From: Candidatus Poribacteria bacterium
GTDB taxonomy: Bacteria; Poribacteria; WGA-4E; WGA-3G
Assembly: GCA_963663765.2 (NCBI GenBank)
Contig: CAXXUA010000005.1
Coordinates: forward strand, 672,001-736,000
Direction of reading: 5' to 3'
Length of the DNA: 64,000 nt
The position numbers and the translations under genes are program-made. The notes under the pieces were generated by a model, which ran no database searches, was not told the origin of the DNA, and saw only the letters and a program-made list of their open reading frames with translations. The stretch's first letter is position 1; each line of letters opens with the position of its first letter. Positions 51,165-61,588 of this stretch are shown here, in pieces.

Positions 51165-51847
51165 TATAGTGAAATATACAATTAAGTTTACACCTCTTCT
51201 GTAGGAGCGATCTCCGAATCGCGACTGAACAATTTGATAGTCGGGAATCGGAGTTCCCTCCTACCCCTGAAAGTGTAAAAATAATTCTAAAATCCACTTT
51301 AAAGTGAAATATACAATTAAGTTTACACCTCTTCTGTAGGAGCGATCTCCGAATCGCGACTGAACAATTTGATAGTCGGGAATCGGAGTTCCCTCCTACC
51401 CCTGAAAGTGTAAAAATAATTCTAAAATCCACTTTAAAGTGAAATATACAATTAAGTTTACACCTCTTCTGTAGGAGCGATCTCCGAATCGCGACTGAAC
51501 AATTTGATAGTCGGGAATCGGAGTTCCCTCCTACCCCTGAAAGTGTAAAAATAATTCTAAAATCCACTTTATAGTGAAATATACAATTAAGTTTACACCT
51601 CTTCTGTAGGAGCGATCTCCGAATCGCGACTGAACAATTTGATAGTCGGGAATCGGAGTTCCCTCCTACCCCTGAAAGTGTAAAAATAATTCTAAAATCC
51701 ACTTTAAAGTGAAATATACAATTAAGTTTACACCTCTTCTGTAGGAGCGATCTCCGAATCGCGACTGAACAATTTGATAGTCGGGAATCGGAGTTCCCTC
51801 CTACCCCTGAAAGTGTAAAAATAATTCTAAAATCCACTTTAAAGTGA
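51165..51847. repeat. tandem repeat, 135 bp x 5 (TA-ended MITE with REP doublet)
   Basis: Near-identical units AGTGAAAT...GTAGGAGCGATCTCC...CCCTCCTAC...AATCCACTT joined at TA. Confidence 0.93.
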
Positions 51848-51932
51848 TACATATAAGCGGAAAAGCGGTGTTGTTAGGAGGGTGGATTCCGCTGTTTTCA
51901 TGGTTTGTGCGGATTGTGTATGACATACGGTA

Positions 51933-54047
51933 CTAGGGTTTATCGTCTGTTAGTTCTGACATTGATGAGAGGTCCCACACAAGGACTGTGCCATCTTTAC
52001 TCTGACTTGCGAAGGTCCGATTGTCTGTACTAAATGACATACTAACTATCTGATTGACATGTCCTATGAGTATTCTCTTTCGTTCTGCTGTGAACGCATC
52101 CCATAAATTGATAGGTCCCTTCCGTAAACTACACGCGAGAATACTACCATCCGAACTGTAAGCAACATCTCCAACATAAAAGCTATTTTTGTTTGGTAAA
52201 TCTTGTATCACGAATGTTTGTTTCTGTTCACCAATTGACACATCCCACATTCGGACAGTTCTCTCATTCGCGCTGCTTGCCAACATACTACCATCTGGAC
52301 TAAAAGAAATGGATAGAATACTATCAGTATGTCCAATAAGAGTATGCTCCTGCTCTCCTGTCGCAACATCCCATAAACCTATCTGAAGATAATTGGCATC
52401 TGATATTCCTTTGAGCTTAGGCAGCACAGTTGCCACCGTCTGAAAATCTGGACTCAGTTGAGAAAAGTCGTTAGTTATAGTCTCTGCACCCGATATAATT
52501 GTTGTTTTTTTATGTTTACCAGTAGCAACATCCCATAGGAGGAAAGTACCATTCCGATTTTGACTCACAAGTGTCTTTCCATCCGGACTAAATGCAATTT
52601 TATAGATACCTCCAGTACCATCAGTGTATGCCTTGATCACTCTTTTATGTTTGCCCAAGAGAACATCCCACAAGCGAATAGTACCGGAAAGTCCGCTACT
52701 TGCGAGTATTCTCCCATCCGAACTGAACACCAGCGTGGTGACAGGTTTTCTATGTCCTTTAACCGTTTTCTTGTGTTCACCCGTTGAAACATCCCATAGA
52801 CGAACGGTTTTATCTGCACTTGCTGTAGCGAGGATTGTTCCATCCGGACTAAATGCCACGTCCGTAATTTCTTTCTTATGTCCTATAAGTGTTTTCTTAT
52901 ACTCGCCTGTTGCAGCATTCCAAAGATGAATTGTATTATCTTCTTTACATATTTGAATTGCTAAAGTTTTTCCATCTGAACTGAGCAATACTGTGCTAAA
53001 TTCAATCGTATGCCCCGAGATTGTATGCTTCTGCTTTCCTGTAGCAACATCCCATAGATGGAGCGGACCGTGTTCACTCCAACTCGCTAAAGTTTTTCCA
53101 TCCGGACTAAATGCTACTATTTTGACAGGAGATGTATGACCGGTGATAGTTTTCTTAAGTGTGCCAGTGGCGACATCCCAGAAATGTATAGTATTGTCAT
53201 TGTTCGGACGCGCGAGGATTGTTCCATCTGGACTAAACGCTACCGTAGAATCGTAATTCCGATCGCCTTGTATTGTGTGTTTGTATTTGAGTGTTGCGAC
53301 ATCCCATAAGTGGATACTACTGTCAGAAACCACAGTTACAAGTGTTTTGCCATCAGGACTAAATAAGAAACTTGAAACAGTATTTACATGTTCAATAACA
53401 TATTTCCTTTGCTTCCCTGTTGGAACATCCCATAGCCTGAGTATCCTATCATAACTTTCGCTTGCAAGTATCTTACCATCCAAACTGAATACAGTGTTAG
53501 AGCGTGAATAACCTTCTGTAAGAGATTTCTCAAGCTTACCTGTTGCGACATCCCAAAAATCCAAAGTACGATAGTCTGCCGCACTGACTAACGTTTGTCC
53601 ATTGTCAATGAATGTAAGACTGCTAATTGACCACATCCTTTCTTTAATAAAGGATTGCTTGTAGGTACCAGTGGGTACATCCCACAATTGGATAGAGCCG
53701 TCCCTGTTCCCACTTGCGAGGGTTTGACTATCTGGGGTGAATCTTATATCAGTTATCTGTGCTGATTGTCCCGGAAGGAATGATTTCGTCTCACCACTAT
53801 GTGCATCATAAAGCCATATACCAATGGAACTAACAACAGCTAAAACATTGCCATCAGGGGAATACTGCATCATTATTACAGTCCCTTTACCGATGCGAGC
53901 TTTTGCACCCTCTGGCAAATACCATTGCGGATTTTCAGGGATAAATGTTTCAAGTTCAGGTTGATCCTGTCTTGGAACAATAGTTAGTACCACAATAACT
54001 GATGCTAATGCGATGACTAAAAGGGTAAAAATCAGTGTCTTTTTCAT
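51933..54047 (-). CDS. WD40-repeat protein
   Basis: Many GH...FSPDG.TLAS...WD repeats; N-terminal anchor and QWYLPEGAKARIGKG. Confidence 0.93.
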   Translation of the reverse strand: MKKTLIFTLLVIALASVIVVLTIVPRQDQPELETFIPENPQWYLPEGAKARIGKGTVIMMQYSPDGNVLAVVSSIGIWLYDAHSGETKSFLPGQSAQITDIRFTPDSQTLASGNRDGSIQLWDVPTGTYKQSFIKERMWSISSLTFIDNGQTLVSAADYRTLDFWDVATGKLEKSLTEGYSRSNTVFSLDGKILASESYDRILRLWDVPTGKQRKYVIEHVNTVSSFLFSPDGKTLVTVVSDSSIHLWDVATLKYKHTIQGDRNYDSTVAFSPDGTILARPNNDNTIHFWDVATGTLKKTITGHTSPVKIVAFSPDGKTLASWSEHGPLHLWDVATGKQKHTISGHTIEFSTVLLSSDGKTLAIQICKEDNTIHLWNAATGEYKKTLIGHKKEITDVAFSPDGTILATASADKTVRLWDVSTGEHKKTVKGHRKPVTTLVFSSDGRILASSGLSGTIRLWDVLLGKHKRVIKAYTDGTGGIYKIAFSPDGKTLVSQNRNGTFLLWDVATGKHKKTTIISGAETITNDFSQLSPDFQTVATVLPKLKGISDANYLQIGLWDVATGEQEHTLIGHTDSILSISFSPDGSMLASSANERTVRMWDVSIGEQKQTFVIQDLPNKNSFYVGDVAYSSDGSILACSLRKGPINLWDAFTAERKRILIGHVNQIVSMSFSTDNRTFASQSKDGTVLVWDLSSMSELTDDKP

Positions 54048-54086
54048 CTGAAAACTTCCTTTCCATTAATTAAATAATCCAATTAT

Positions 54087-56300
54087 CTAATCTGACTTGT
54101 CTGTAGCATTAAGTATAGAAGAAAGATCCCACACAAGCACTGTGCCATCGCCACTCATACTTGTAAGTGTAAGTCCATCAGCACTAAATGAAATCTCCTT
54201 TATCAATTTGGTATGTCCACTGAGTATTTTCTTTAGTTGTCCCGATTCGGTATCCCATAAGTAGATAGGTCCGCGACCAATGCCATTTGCGATTATTCTT
54301 CCATCCGGACTGAAAGACAACAATTTGATGCGCGCATCACGGATAGGATTGTAATGAATCCAAGACTGATCTCTAAGAACATGCTTTTGTTGACCTGTAG
54401 CAACATCCCACATACGGAGAGTATTGTCTTCACTACCAGTGGCGAGTGTTTTCCCATCTGGACTGAAAATGACATTTGTAACATCATTTGAATATCCAAT
54501 ATAAGTGTGTTGCTTCGTTGCATCAGCAACATTCCACAACTCTATTTGATGAGACCTTTTTGGTTCATCTGAATTTGTTTTATCATAATCACGTTTGAAA
54601 GTTATCGCCAAAGTGGTTCCGTCCGGACTAAATACCGCATTTGATACATTATTCAGTTGTTCGGAGAATAATTCAATTTGTTTACCTGTTGACACATCCC
54701 ACACGTAGAAATCATCCTTACAACTCACATAGACAAGGTGTTTTCCATCAGGACTGAAGAACAGTTCAGGACTGAAGAACAGATGCTGGGTATCATTTAT
54801 AACGCCAGTTAGGGTTTTCTTGCGTCTCCCTGATTTGGCATTCCATAGATATATTTCCTCATTTTTACTTGCTGCTGCAAGCGTTTTTCCATCAGGACTG
54901 AATGCCAGATTATAATAGATTTCTTTTTTTACTCTGATTGTTTTCAATTTTTTGCCCGTAATGACATCCCACAGACGGATAGTATCATCTTCACTGCAGG
55001 TTGCAAGTATAGTTCCATCTGGGTTAAATTCAGTATCTCTAATCAGACCTGTATGTCCATCATATATTTTTATCTGTTTTCCTGTTGTTATATCACTTAG
55101 ATAGAAGTTATATCTAATAATTATACCGTCACGGCTGGCAAGGGTTTTTCCATCAGCACTTAATGATGATGATGGGATATGTGGACAAGAAGGATGTCCT
55201 GTGATTATTTGCTTAGACTTTCCTGTTGAAATATCCCAGAGGTAGAAGGACGCTTCATCACTCCAACTCACGAGCGATTTCTCATCCGGACTGATGGATA
55301 CGAAACGCGGTCTATGCGGATCGCAAAAGACCGTTTTCTTTTCCTGTCCTGTTTCCACATCCCACAGACTCAGTGTACTTTCTATTACATCCGCAGTAAT
55401 GAGTGTTTTGCCATCTGCACTGAACGTCATACTTTTGACATTATATCTGGATGTATTTTTGATTTTTTTCACCAATTCCCCTGTATCAACATTCCTTAAG
55501 AAGATAGAATTGTCTTTTTTCAAATAGTCTTTACTTTCTTTACTTTCTTTACTTTCTTTACCTTCATACGCAAGAACTTTTCCATCCGGACTGAAAGCCA
55601 TTGTCCATAATAATGGCAGATAGGCATCAAATGTTTTATTCTGGTTTTCATTACCCATATATTCTATTTCAACAGTATTAGCAGTACTATCAACCTCAGT
55701 GACGACGACTTGTTCTCCATTTAATGTAATGTGTGTGTCTTTATTGAGAGGAAATTTATGAAAGGATTGCTTATGTGTGTTTGTTGTTATATCCCATAGA
55801 TTGATTTCGCTGGTGCTGGTACTTGCAAGGGTTTTTCCATCAGCACTGAATACAACATTAATAATTTTATACCTGTGACCGATGAACGTTTGTTTAAGTG
55901 TGCCTTCAGGCATGTTCCATAGGCTAACTAATTTGTTATCACCTCCACTTGCCAGGGTTTTCCCATCAGGACTGAATGCGATTGTATTGACAGAAATATG
56001 TGGCATCAACAACGCAAGTTCCTTTCCGCTCTGTCCATCATAAAGCCATAGTCCGATTGTGGTTGCTACTGCTAACGTGGTGTTATCATGTGAAAATGCA
56101 ATCTTATTGATTGCTCCTTTACCATATCTCAATTTTGCACTTTCTGGTAAGTGCCACTGTGGGGATTTATGAAAACTGATTTCAATTTCTGGTTTTTCTT
56201 GCTTTGTACTGGGAATTTGCATAAGAATAATAATAGTGATAAAAACAAAGAATACCATAGTATAAATTTGCCTATCTTTTTCATAATACTTTTTTTTCAT
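54087..56300 (-). CDS. WD40-repeat protein
   Basis: WD40 repeats; QWHLPESAKLRYGKG. Confidence 0.93.
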   Translation of the reverse strand: MKKKYYEKDRQIYTMVFFVFITIIILMQIPSTKQEKPEIEISFHKSPQWHLPESAKLRYGKGAINKIAFSHDNTTLAVATTIGLWLYDGQSGKELALLMPHISVNTIAFSPDGKTLASGGDNKLVSLWNMPEGTLKQTFIGHRYKIINVVFSADGKTLASTSTSEINLWDITTNTHKQSFHKFPLNKDTHITLNGEQVVVTEVDSTANTVEIEYMGNENQNKTFDAYLPLLWTMAFSPDGKVLAYEGKESKESKESKDYLKKDNSIFLRNVDTGELVKKIKNTSRYNVKSMTFSADGKTLITADVIESTLSLWDVETGQEKKTVFCDPHRPRFVSISPDEKSLVSWSDEASFYLWDISTGKSKQIITGHPSCPHIPSSSLSADGKTLASRDGIIIRYNFYLSDITTGKQIKIYDGHTGLIRDTEFNPDGTILATCSEDDTIRLWDVITGKKLKTIRVKKEIYYNLAFSPDGKTLAAASKNEEIYLWNAKSGRRKKTLTGVINDTQHLFFSPELFFSPDGKHLVYVSCKDDFYVWDVSTGKQIELFSEQLNNVSNAVFSPDGTTLAITFKRDYDKTNSDEPKRSHQIELWNVADATKQHTYIGYSNDVTNVIFSPDGKTLATGSEDNTLRMWDVATGQQKHVLRDQSWIHYNPIRDARIKLLSFSPDGRIIANGIGRGPIYLWDTESGQLKKILSGHTKLIKEISFSADGLTLTSMSGDGTVLVWDLSSILNATDKSD

Positions 56301-56452
56301 TTGATAATCCCTTTTTGATCATGCCATTTCAGTTACATTTCCTGCTTATTACGACTTACAGTTCTACAGTATTTTACAAAATCCATTTAATTTTGTCTCA
56401 ATATAGAACTCCACTTTAATCGCTGATTGTAGGTCGTTCCTACCGATGAGAT

Positions 56453-56939
56453 CAGGGTTATTTAGTTTTCAATATTTTTGATAATATTTTGCTATGTCGT
56501 TAATTTTATGTAATACCATCTTGTTCATGTCTTTAGTGGTTTTCTTGCTAAGTATTTATTATATGTTTCCATTGACGATCTACTACTTAAACAGATGACT
56601 ACTGGGTTCTTCAGCATTGGAATTTTATTTTATGCTAAAATTAATTGCCGAAAGAACCATTTAGTTCCGTAGGAACGATATGTTTATAGAAAATGTTTTC
56701 CACTCCAATTGAGTTCCGTAGGAACGACATAGAAGAATAAACATATCGTCCCTACGGGACTAAAGAACTGAGGAGGGTATTAGTTTTCTATAAACATATC
56801 GTCCCTATGGGACTAAAGAGCGATGTTCATGTTTCAATAATCTAAAATTGATGCATAAAGTTCGGTTAGGTAACCAAACCCGTGTATTAACTTTCAGTAA
56901 ATCTAAATAACAGAAAACTCTTAAAACTAAATAACCCTT
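56453..56939. mobile_element. ISAs1-type MITE containing a second nested MITE
   Basis: CAGGGTTATTTAGTTTT TIR, GATGAGAT flanking repeat; nested 56538-56658 with GGTT(T/C)T ends and TTTAGT duplication. Confidence 0.78.
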
Positions 56940-57009
56940 TGATGAGATAACCTCTAACCAACAATAACAGTGTAATTCTATAATGGAACAGGAATTATTA
57001 GAAATGCTA

Positions 57010-59205
57010 TTACTCCACCTCATCTGTAACATTATGTATAGAAGCGAGATCCCATACAAGCACTGTGCCATCCCAACTGCTACTTGTAAGTGTACGTCCA
57101 TCTGCACTAAATGAAATGTCATTTACCCACCGTGTATGTCCTTTGAGTATCTTCTTTATTTGTCCAGCTGCAGTATCCCATAAGTAGATAGGTCCGCGAC
57201 TAATCCCATTTGCGATTATTTTTCCATCCGGACTGAAAGACAACAATTTGATGTTCTCATCACCGATAGGTCTATCATGAATCCAAGACCGATCTCGGAG
57301 AACATGCTTTTGTTGACCCGTGGTGACATCCCACAAACGGAGGGTATTGTCTTTACTACCAGTGGCAAGTGTTTTTCCATCTGGACTGAAAATGGCATTT
57401 GTAACCACATCTGTATGTCCAATAAAAGTGTGTTGCTTCGTAGCATCAGCAACGTTCCACAACTCTATATCATGGGACTTTTTTGGTTCATCTGAATACA
57501 ACGATTTGTAAACACGTTTGAAGGTTATCGCCAAGGTAGTTCCATCCGGACTGAATACCGCATTTGATACATTTTTCAGTTGTTCAGAGAATATTTCATT
57601 TTTTTCACCTGTTGACACATTCCACACATAGAAATTATTTTTATAGGATGAGCTGGCAAACACATTGCCAGATATACTGGCAATGTGTTTGCCATCAGGA
57701 CTAAAGACCAGTCGGTGTACATCATTTGTACCGCCGGATAGGGTTTTCTTGCGTCTCCCTGAGTTGGCATGCCATAGATATATTTCCCCTTTATTTCTAC
57801 TTGCTACTGCAAGCGTTTTTCCATCAGGACTGAATGCCAGATTAAAACTGATTTCTTTTCTTGCTCTGATTGTTTTCAATTTCTTGCCCGTAGTAACATC
57901 CCATATACGGATAATATCATCTTCACTACAAGTTGCAAGTATCGTTCCATCTGAGTTAAATTCAGTATCTCTAATATGTCCCTTATGTCCATCATATACT
58001 TTTATCTGTTTTCCTGTTGAAATATTACTCATATAGAAGCTGTTTCTACCACCCCAACTATCCATGCTTGCAATAGTTTGTCCATCTGTGCTCAATGGTG
58101 CGAAATAAGACCAAGATGGGTGTCCAGTGATTATTTGCTTATGTTTTCCTGTTTCCACATTCCATAAATAATAGGACATTTCAACACCCCAGCTCGCGAG
58201 TGTCTTGTTATCTGGACTAACAGATACGTTTTGCGGTTTATGCGGATAGCAAAAGATCGTTTTCTTTTCCTCTCCAGTTTTGACATCCCACAGACTCAAT
58301 GTATATTCTATTAGATTCGTAGTAATGAGTGTTTTGCCATCTGCACTGAACGTCATACTACAAACATCATATTTTGATGCATCATTTCTTTCTGTATTGA
58401 TTTTTTTCACCAATTCCCCTGTATCAACATTCCTTAAGGTGATAAAACTGTCTTTTTTCCTATAATCTTTACTTTCATACGCAAGTAATTTTCCATCCGG
58501 ACTGAAAGCCATTGCCTGTATTGACGCATGATTATTTTCAATTGTAATTAATGTCTTTTCAGTATCCACATAGTTTGTCTGTCTTTCACTATCCAGATAA
58601 TTTATTTCAAGAGTATTATCCTCAACATTAGTGAGGACAACTTGTTCACCATTTAATGTAATGTGTGTTCCAGTTGGGGTAAATCTATCGAAAAATTGCT
58701 TGTGTGTACTTGTTTCAATATCCCACAGATTGATACTGCCGTTACCGGTACTTGCGAGTGTTTTGCCATCTGCACTGAACCTAACGTCAACGATTTCATG
58801 TCTATGACCGATTAATGTTTGCTTATATGTACCTTCAGGTATATTCCAGAGTCTAACTAAATTGTCATCGCCGCCACTGGCAAGTGTTTTCCCATCAGGA
58901 CTGAATGCGATTGTATTGACAGAAATATGTGGCATCAACAATGCAAGTTCCTTTCCGCTCTGTCCATCATAGAGCCATAGTCCGATCGTGGTTGCCACTG
59001 CTAACGTGGTGTTATCATGTGAAAATACAATCTTATTGATTGCTCCTTTACCCAATCGCAATTTTGCACTATCTGGTAGATGCCATTGTGGAGATTGATT
59101 ATAACTGATTTCAACTTCTGGGGCTTCTTGTATTGATATGACAATGAGCACAATAAGAGCAGCAAAAACAAGGATTGCCAAAGCATACAACAACATTTTT
59201 TTCAT
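57010..59205 (-). CDS. WD40-repeat protein
   Basis: Close paralog of 54087-56300. Confidence 0.93.
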   Translation of the reverse strand: MKKMLLYALAILVFAALIVLIVISIQEAPEVEISYNQSPQWHLPDSAKLRLGKGAINKIVFSHDNTTLAVATTIGLWLYDGQSGKELALLMPHISVNTIAFSPDGKTLASGGDDNLVRLWNIPEGTYKQTLIGHRHEIVDVRFSADGKTLASTGNGSINLWDIETSTHKQFFDRFTPTGTHITLNGEQVVLTNVEDNTLEINYLDSERQTNYVDTEKTLITIENNHASIQAMAFSPDGKLLAYESKDYRKKDSFITLRNVDTGELVKKINTERNDASKYDVCSMTFSADGKTLITTNLIEYTLSLWDVKTGEEKKTIFCYPHKPQNVSVSPDNKTLASWGVEMSYYLWNVETGKHKQIITGHPSWSYFAPLSTDGQTIASMDSWGGRNSFYMSNISTGKQIKVYDGHKGHIRDTEFNSDGTILATCSEDDIIRIWDVTTGKKLKTIRARKEISFNLAFSPDGKTLAVASRNKGEIYLWHANSGRRKKTLSGGTNDVHRLVFSPDGKHIASISGNVFASSSYKNNFYVWNVSTGEKNEIFSEQLKNVSNAVFSPDGTTLAITFKRVYKSLYSDEPKKSHDIELWNVADATKQHTFIGHTDVVTNAIFSPDGKTLATGSKDNTLRLWDVTTGQQKHVLRDRSWIHDRPIGDENIKLLSFSPDGKIIANGISRGPIYLWDTAAGQIKKILKGHTRWVNDISFSADGRTLTSSSWDGTVLVWDLASIHNVTDEVE

Positions 59206-59277
59206 GTGATAATCTCCTTTTGACTATACAATTTAAGATATATTTTCTCCTAACCACTTCTTACGGTTCTGTCCTGA

Positions 59278-61263
59278 TTATTTTCTATCCGGTGTGTTAA
59301 CTATAGATGATACATCCCACAACAGTATTGTTGCATCTGATCCTCCGCTTGCGAGCGTGCTTCCATCTGGACTAAATATTACATCCAGGATCCTGTGTGT
59401 ACGTCCTCTGTATATCTTCATTTGTTCACCATTAACAACATCCCATAGACGGATACCCCTCAACATATTAGGCGTTAATAAGAACGGATTACTTTCACAA
59501 GCGAGTGTTTTTCCATCCGGTGTAAACATCACATTCCAATCTGTTTGATATATCCCTGTCAGTGTGTGTTCTTGTTCATGTGTGGTTAAGTTCCATAAAC
59601 GGAGTGTGTTGTCCTGACTTGTACTTGCAAGCGTTTTTTCATCCAAACTGAAGGAGAGATTGTCTACTTCATGCGTATGTCCTATAAGTGTTTGCGTGTG
59701 TTCACCACTTGTTGCGTCCCAAATCCGTATTTTACCGTTCTGACTACCACTGGTAAGTAGCTTCCCATTTGGACTAAAAGATAGACTTGTAATGGGTTCA
59801 GTATGTCCTATAAGTGTTTTTGCATGAGTGCGTGTAGCCATATCCCAGAAGAAGATAGTATTGTCTGCACCTCCAGTTGCGAGAATTTTTCCATCCGGAC
59901 TAAATGCAACACTTTCTACGAATCCTGTATGTTTTTTGATGGTTTTTAGCAGTTTTCCAGTTTCAGTATCCCATAAGTAAATATCTTTTTTCCCATTTTT
60001 TTCGCCAAAATCATCAGTAAAATTTATATCTTCGAAAATTCCAGTTGAGCTGACAAGTGTCTTTCCATCCGGACTAAATGCAATATTTTCAACATAGTAG
60101 TTTCGTTTAGTTTGGGTGTCAAACAGGTATTGATTCGTAAGGTCTTTTTTGTGTCGTCCGGTTCTTGCATCCCACAAGCGAATGGTGTTATCATCACTTG
60201 TACTTGCAAGTGTTTTGCCATCGGGACTAAAAAAGATGTTCCTAACAGAGTGACCATGTCCTTTCGTCATATTTATCTGTTTTCCTGATTTAACGTCCCA
60301 CAAGCGGATTGTGTGGTGTAAATTGGCACTTGCGAGCGTTTTACCATCAGGACTAAACGCAACATGACCCACATGATCTTCAAAGTTAAAAAGTTTCATC
60401 TGTTTTTTTGTTGTTGTATCCCATAGACGAATCGTTTTGTCTTCGCTACCACTTGCAACCGTCCGTCCATCAGGACTGAATGCGATACTATAGACCGATC
60501 CGGTATGTCCTTTCAGAAGGTGCTGCTGTTTGCCTGTTTCAGCATCCCATAGACGAATCGTTTTGTCTTCGCTGCCACTTGCAAGCATCTGTCCATCAGG
60601 ACTGAATGCGATACTGTACACCTTTTTCTTGTGTCCAGTGAGTTTTCGCTGTTCTTTACCTGTATTGACATCCCATAAATACATATCTCCCACGCCATTA
60701 CCCGTTACGATGGTTGTGCTATCCGGACTGAATGTTGCACAAGAGATACCGTCCTGATGCGCTATCTCGGTTTCTTGTTCACTGCCTGATTCAGCATCCC
60801 AAAACTTGATTTTGTTGTAACCCACCCCTGCAATAGTTTTACCATCCGGACTATACAAGACAATATTATAGCTGCCTTTGAGATATTTCTTACTCTTTTT
60901 ATTGGCAACATCCCAAAGTTTAATACCAATGCCAAAACGTGCCGAATGATTTGCACTTACAAGCGTTTCACCATCTGGACTAAACGATACGCTCGTGCTT
61001 CCAAAACGTCCAATCTTTTCCGTTAGGAGAGCAATTTCATTTAGTGTATGTGCGTCATAGAACCAGATGCCTATTGAACCTGATACTGCTAACAATTTGC
61101 CATCTGGTGAATACTCCATATCACGTATTGTGCCTTTACCGAGACGGATTTTTGCATCATCGGGTAAATGCCATTGTGTGTAGTCTTGAGCAGATGTATA
61201 CGGTATGCAAAGCAGGAAGAAAATAAGCAACAACCAAAAACTTGAAAAGAACGTTTTTTTCAT
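59278..61263 (-). CDS. secreted WD40-repeat protein
   Basis: Signal peptide; QWHLPDDAKIRLGKG; WD40 repeats. Confidence 0.93.
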   Translation of the reverse strand: MKKTFFSSFWLLLIFFLLCIPYTSAQDYTQWHLPDDAKIRLGKGTIRDMEYSPDGKLLAVSGSIGIWFYDAHTLNEIALLTEKIGRFGSTSVSFSPDGETLVSANHSARFGIGIKLWDVANKKSKKYLKGSYNIVLYSPDGKTIAGVGYNKIKFWDAESGSEQETEIAHQDGISCATFSPDSTTIVTGNGVGDMYLWDVNTGKEQRKLTGHKKKVYSIAFSPDGQMLASGSEDKTIRLWDAETGKQQHLLKGHTGSVYSIAFSPDGRTVASGSEDKTIRLWDTTTKKQMKLFNFEDHVGHVAFSPDGKTLASANLHHTIRLWDVKSGKQINMTKGHGHSVRNIFFSPDGKTLASTSDDNTIRLWDARTGRHKKDLTNQYLFDTQTKRNYYVENIAFSPDGKTLVSSTGIFEDINFTDDFGEKNGKKDIYLWDTETGKLLKTIKKHTGFVESVAFSPDGKILATGGADNTIFFWDMATRTHAKTLIGHTEPITSLSFSPNGKLLTSGSQNGKIRIWDATSGEHTQTLIGHTHEVDNLSFSLDEKTLASTSQDNTLRLWNLTTHEQEHTLTGIYQTDWNVMFTPDGKTLACESNPFLLTPNMLRGIRLWDVVNGEQMKIYRGRTHRILDVIFSPDGSTLASGGSDATILLWDVSSIVNTPDRK

Positions 61264-61296
61264 CTGAAACTTCTCCTTATGGCATTCTACAATATT

Positions 61297-61573
61297 ACGA
61301 GTTGTGCTAAATAACTATATGTTAACCATTGTTTCACATAAGCATGGCGTTTTGCAGGTGTCCTTCATAGTTTGAAACGATCTTTAGTCCCGTAGGGACG
61401 ATATGTTTATAGAAAAACGGCATAGTACATCCTCTTTAGTCCCGTAGGGACGATATGTTTATAGAAAAACGGCATAGTACATCCTCTTTAGTCCCGTAGG
61501 GACGATATGTGTGCATTATAAACCTAATATATGTAAAAACTTTGAAAACAATGGGTTAACTGGCACAAGTCGT
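61297..61573. mobile_element. ACGAGTTGTGCTA-family MITE with three empty REP units
   Basis: Same arms as 33713 and 36632; flanked by AATATT repeat. Confidence 0.88.
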
Positions 61574-61588
61574 AATATTGTATTGGTA

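Noticed and set aside
51076-51852. 258-aa repeat protein
   Set aside because: By-product of a 135-bp non-coding tandem repeat; no convincing RBS.
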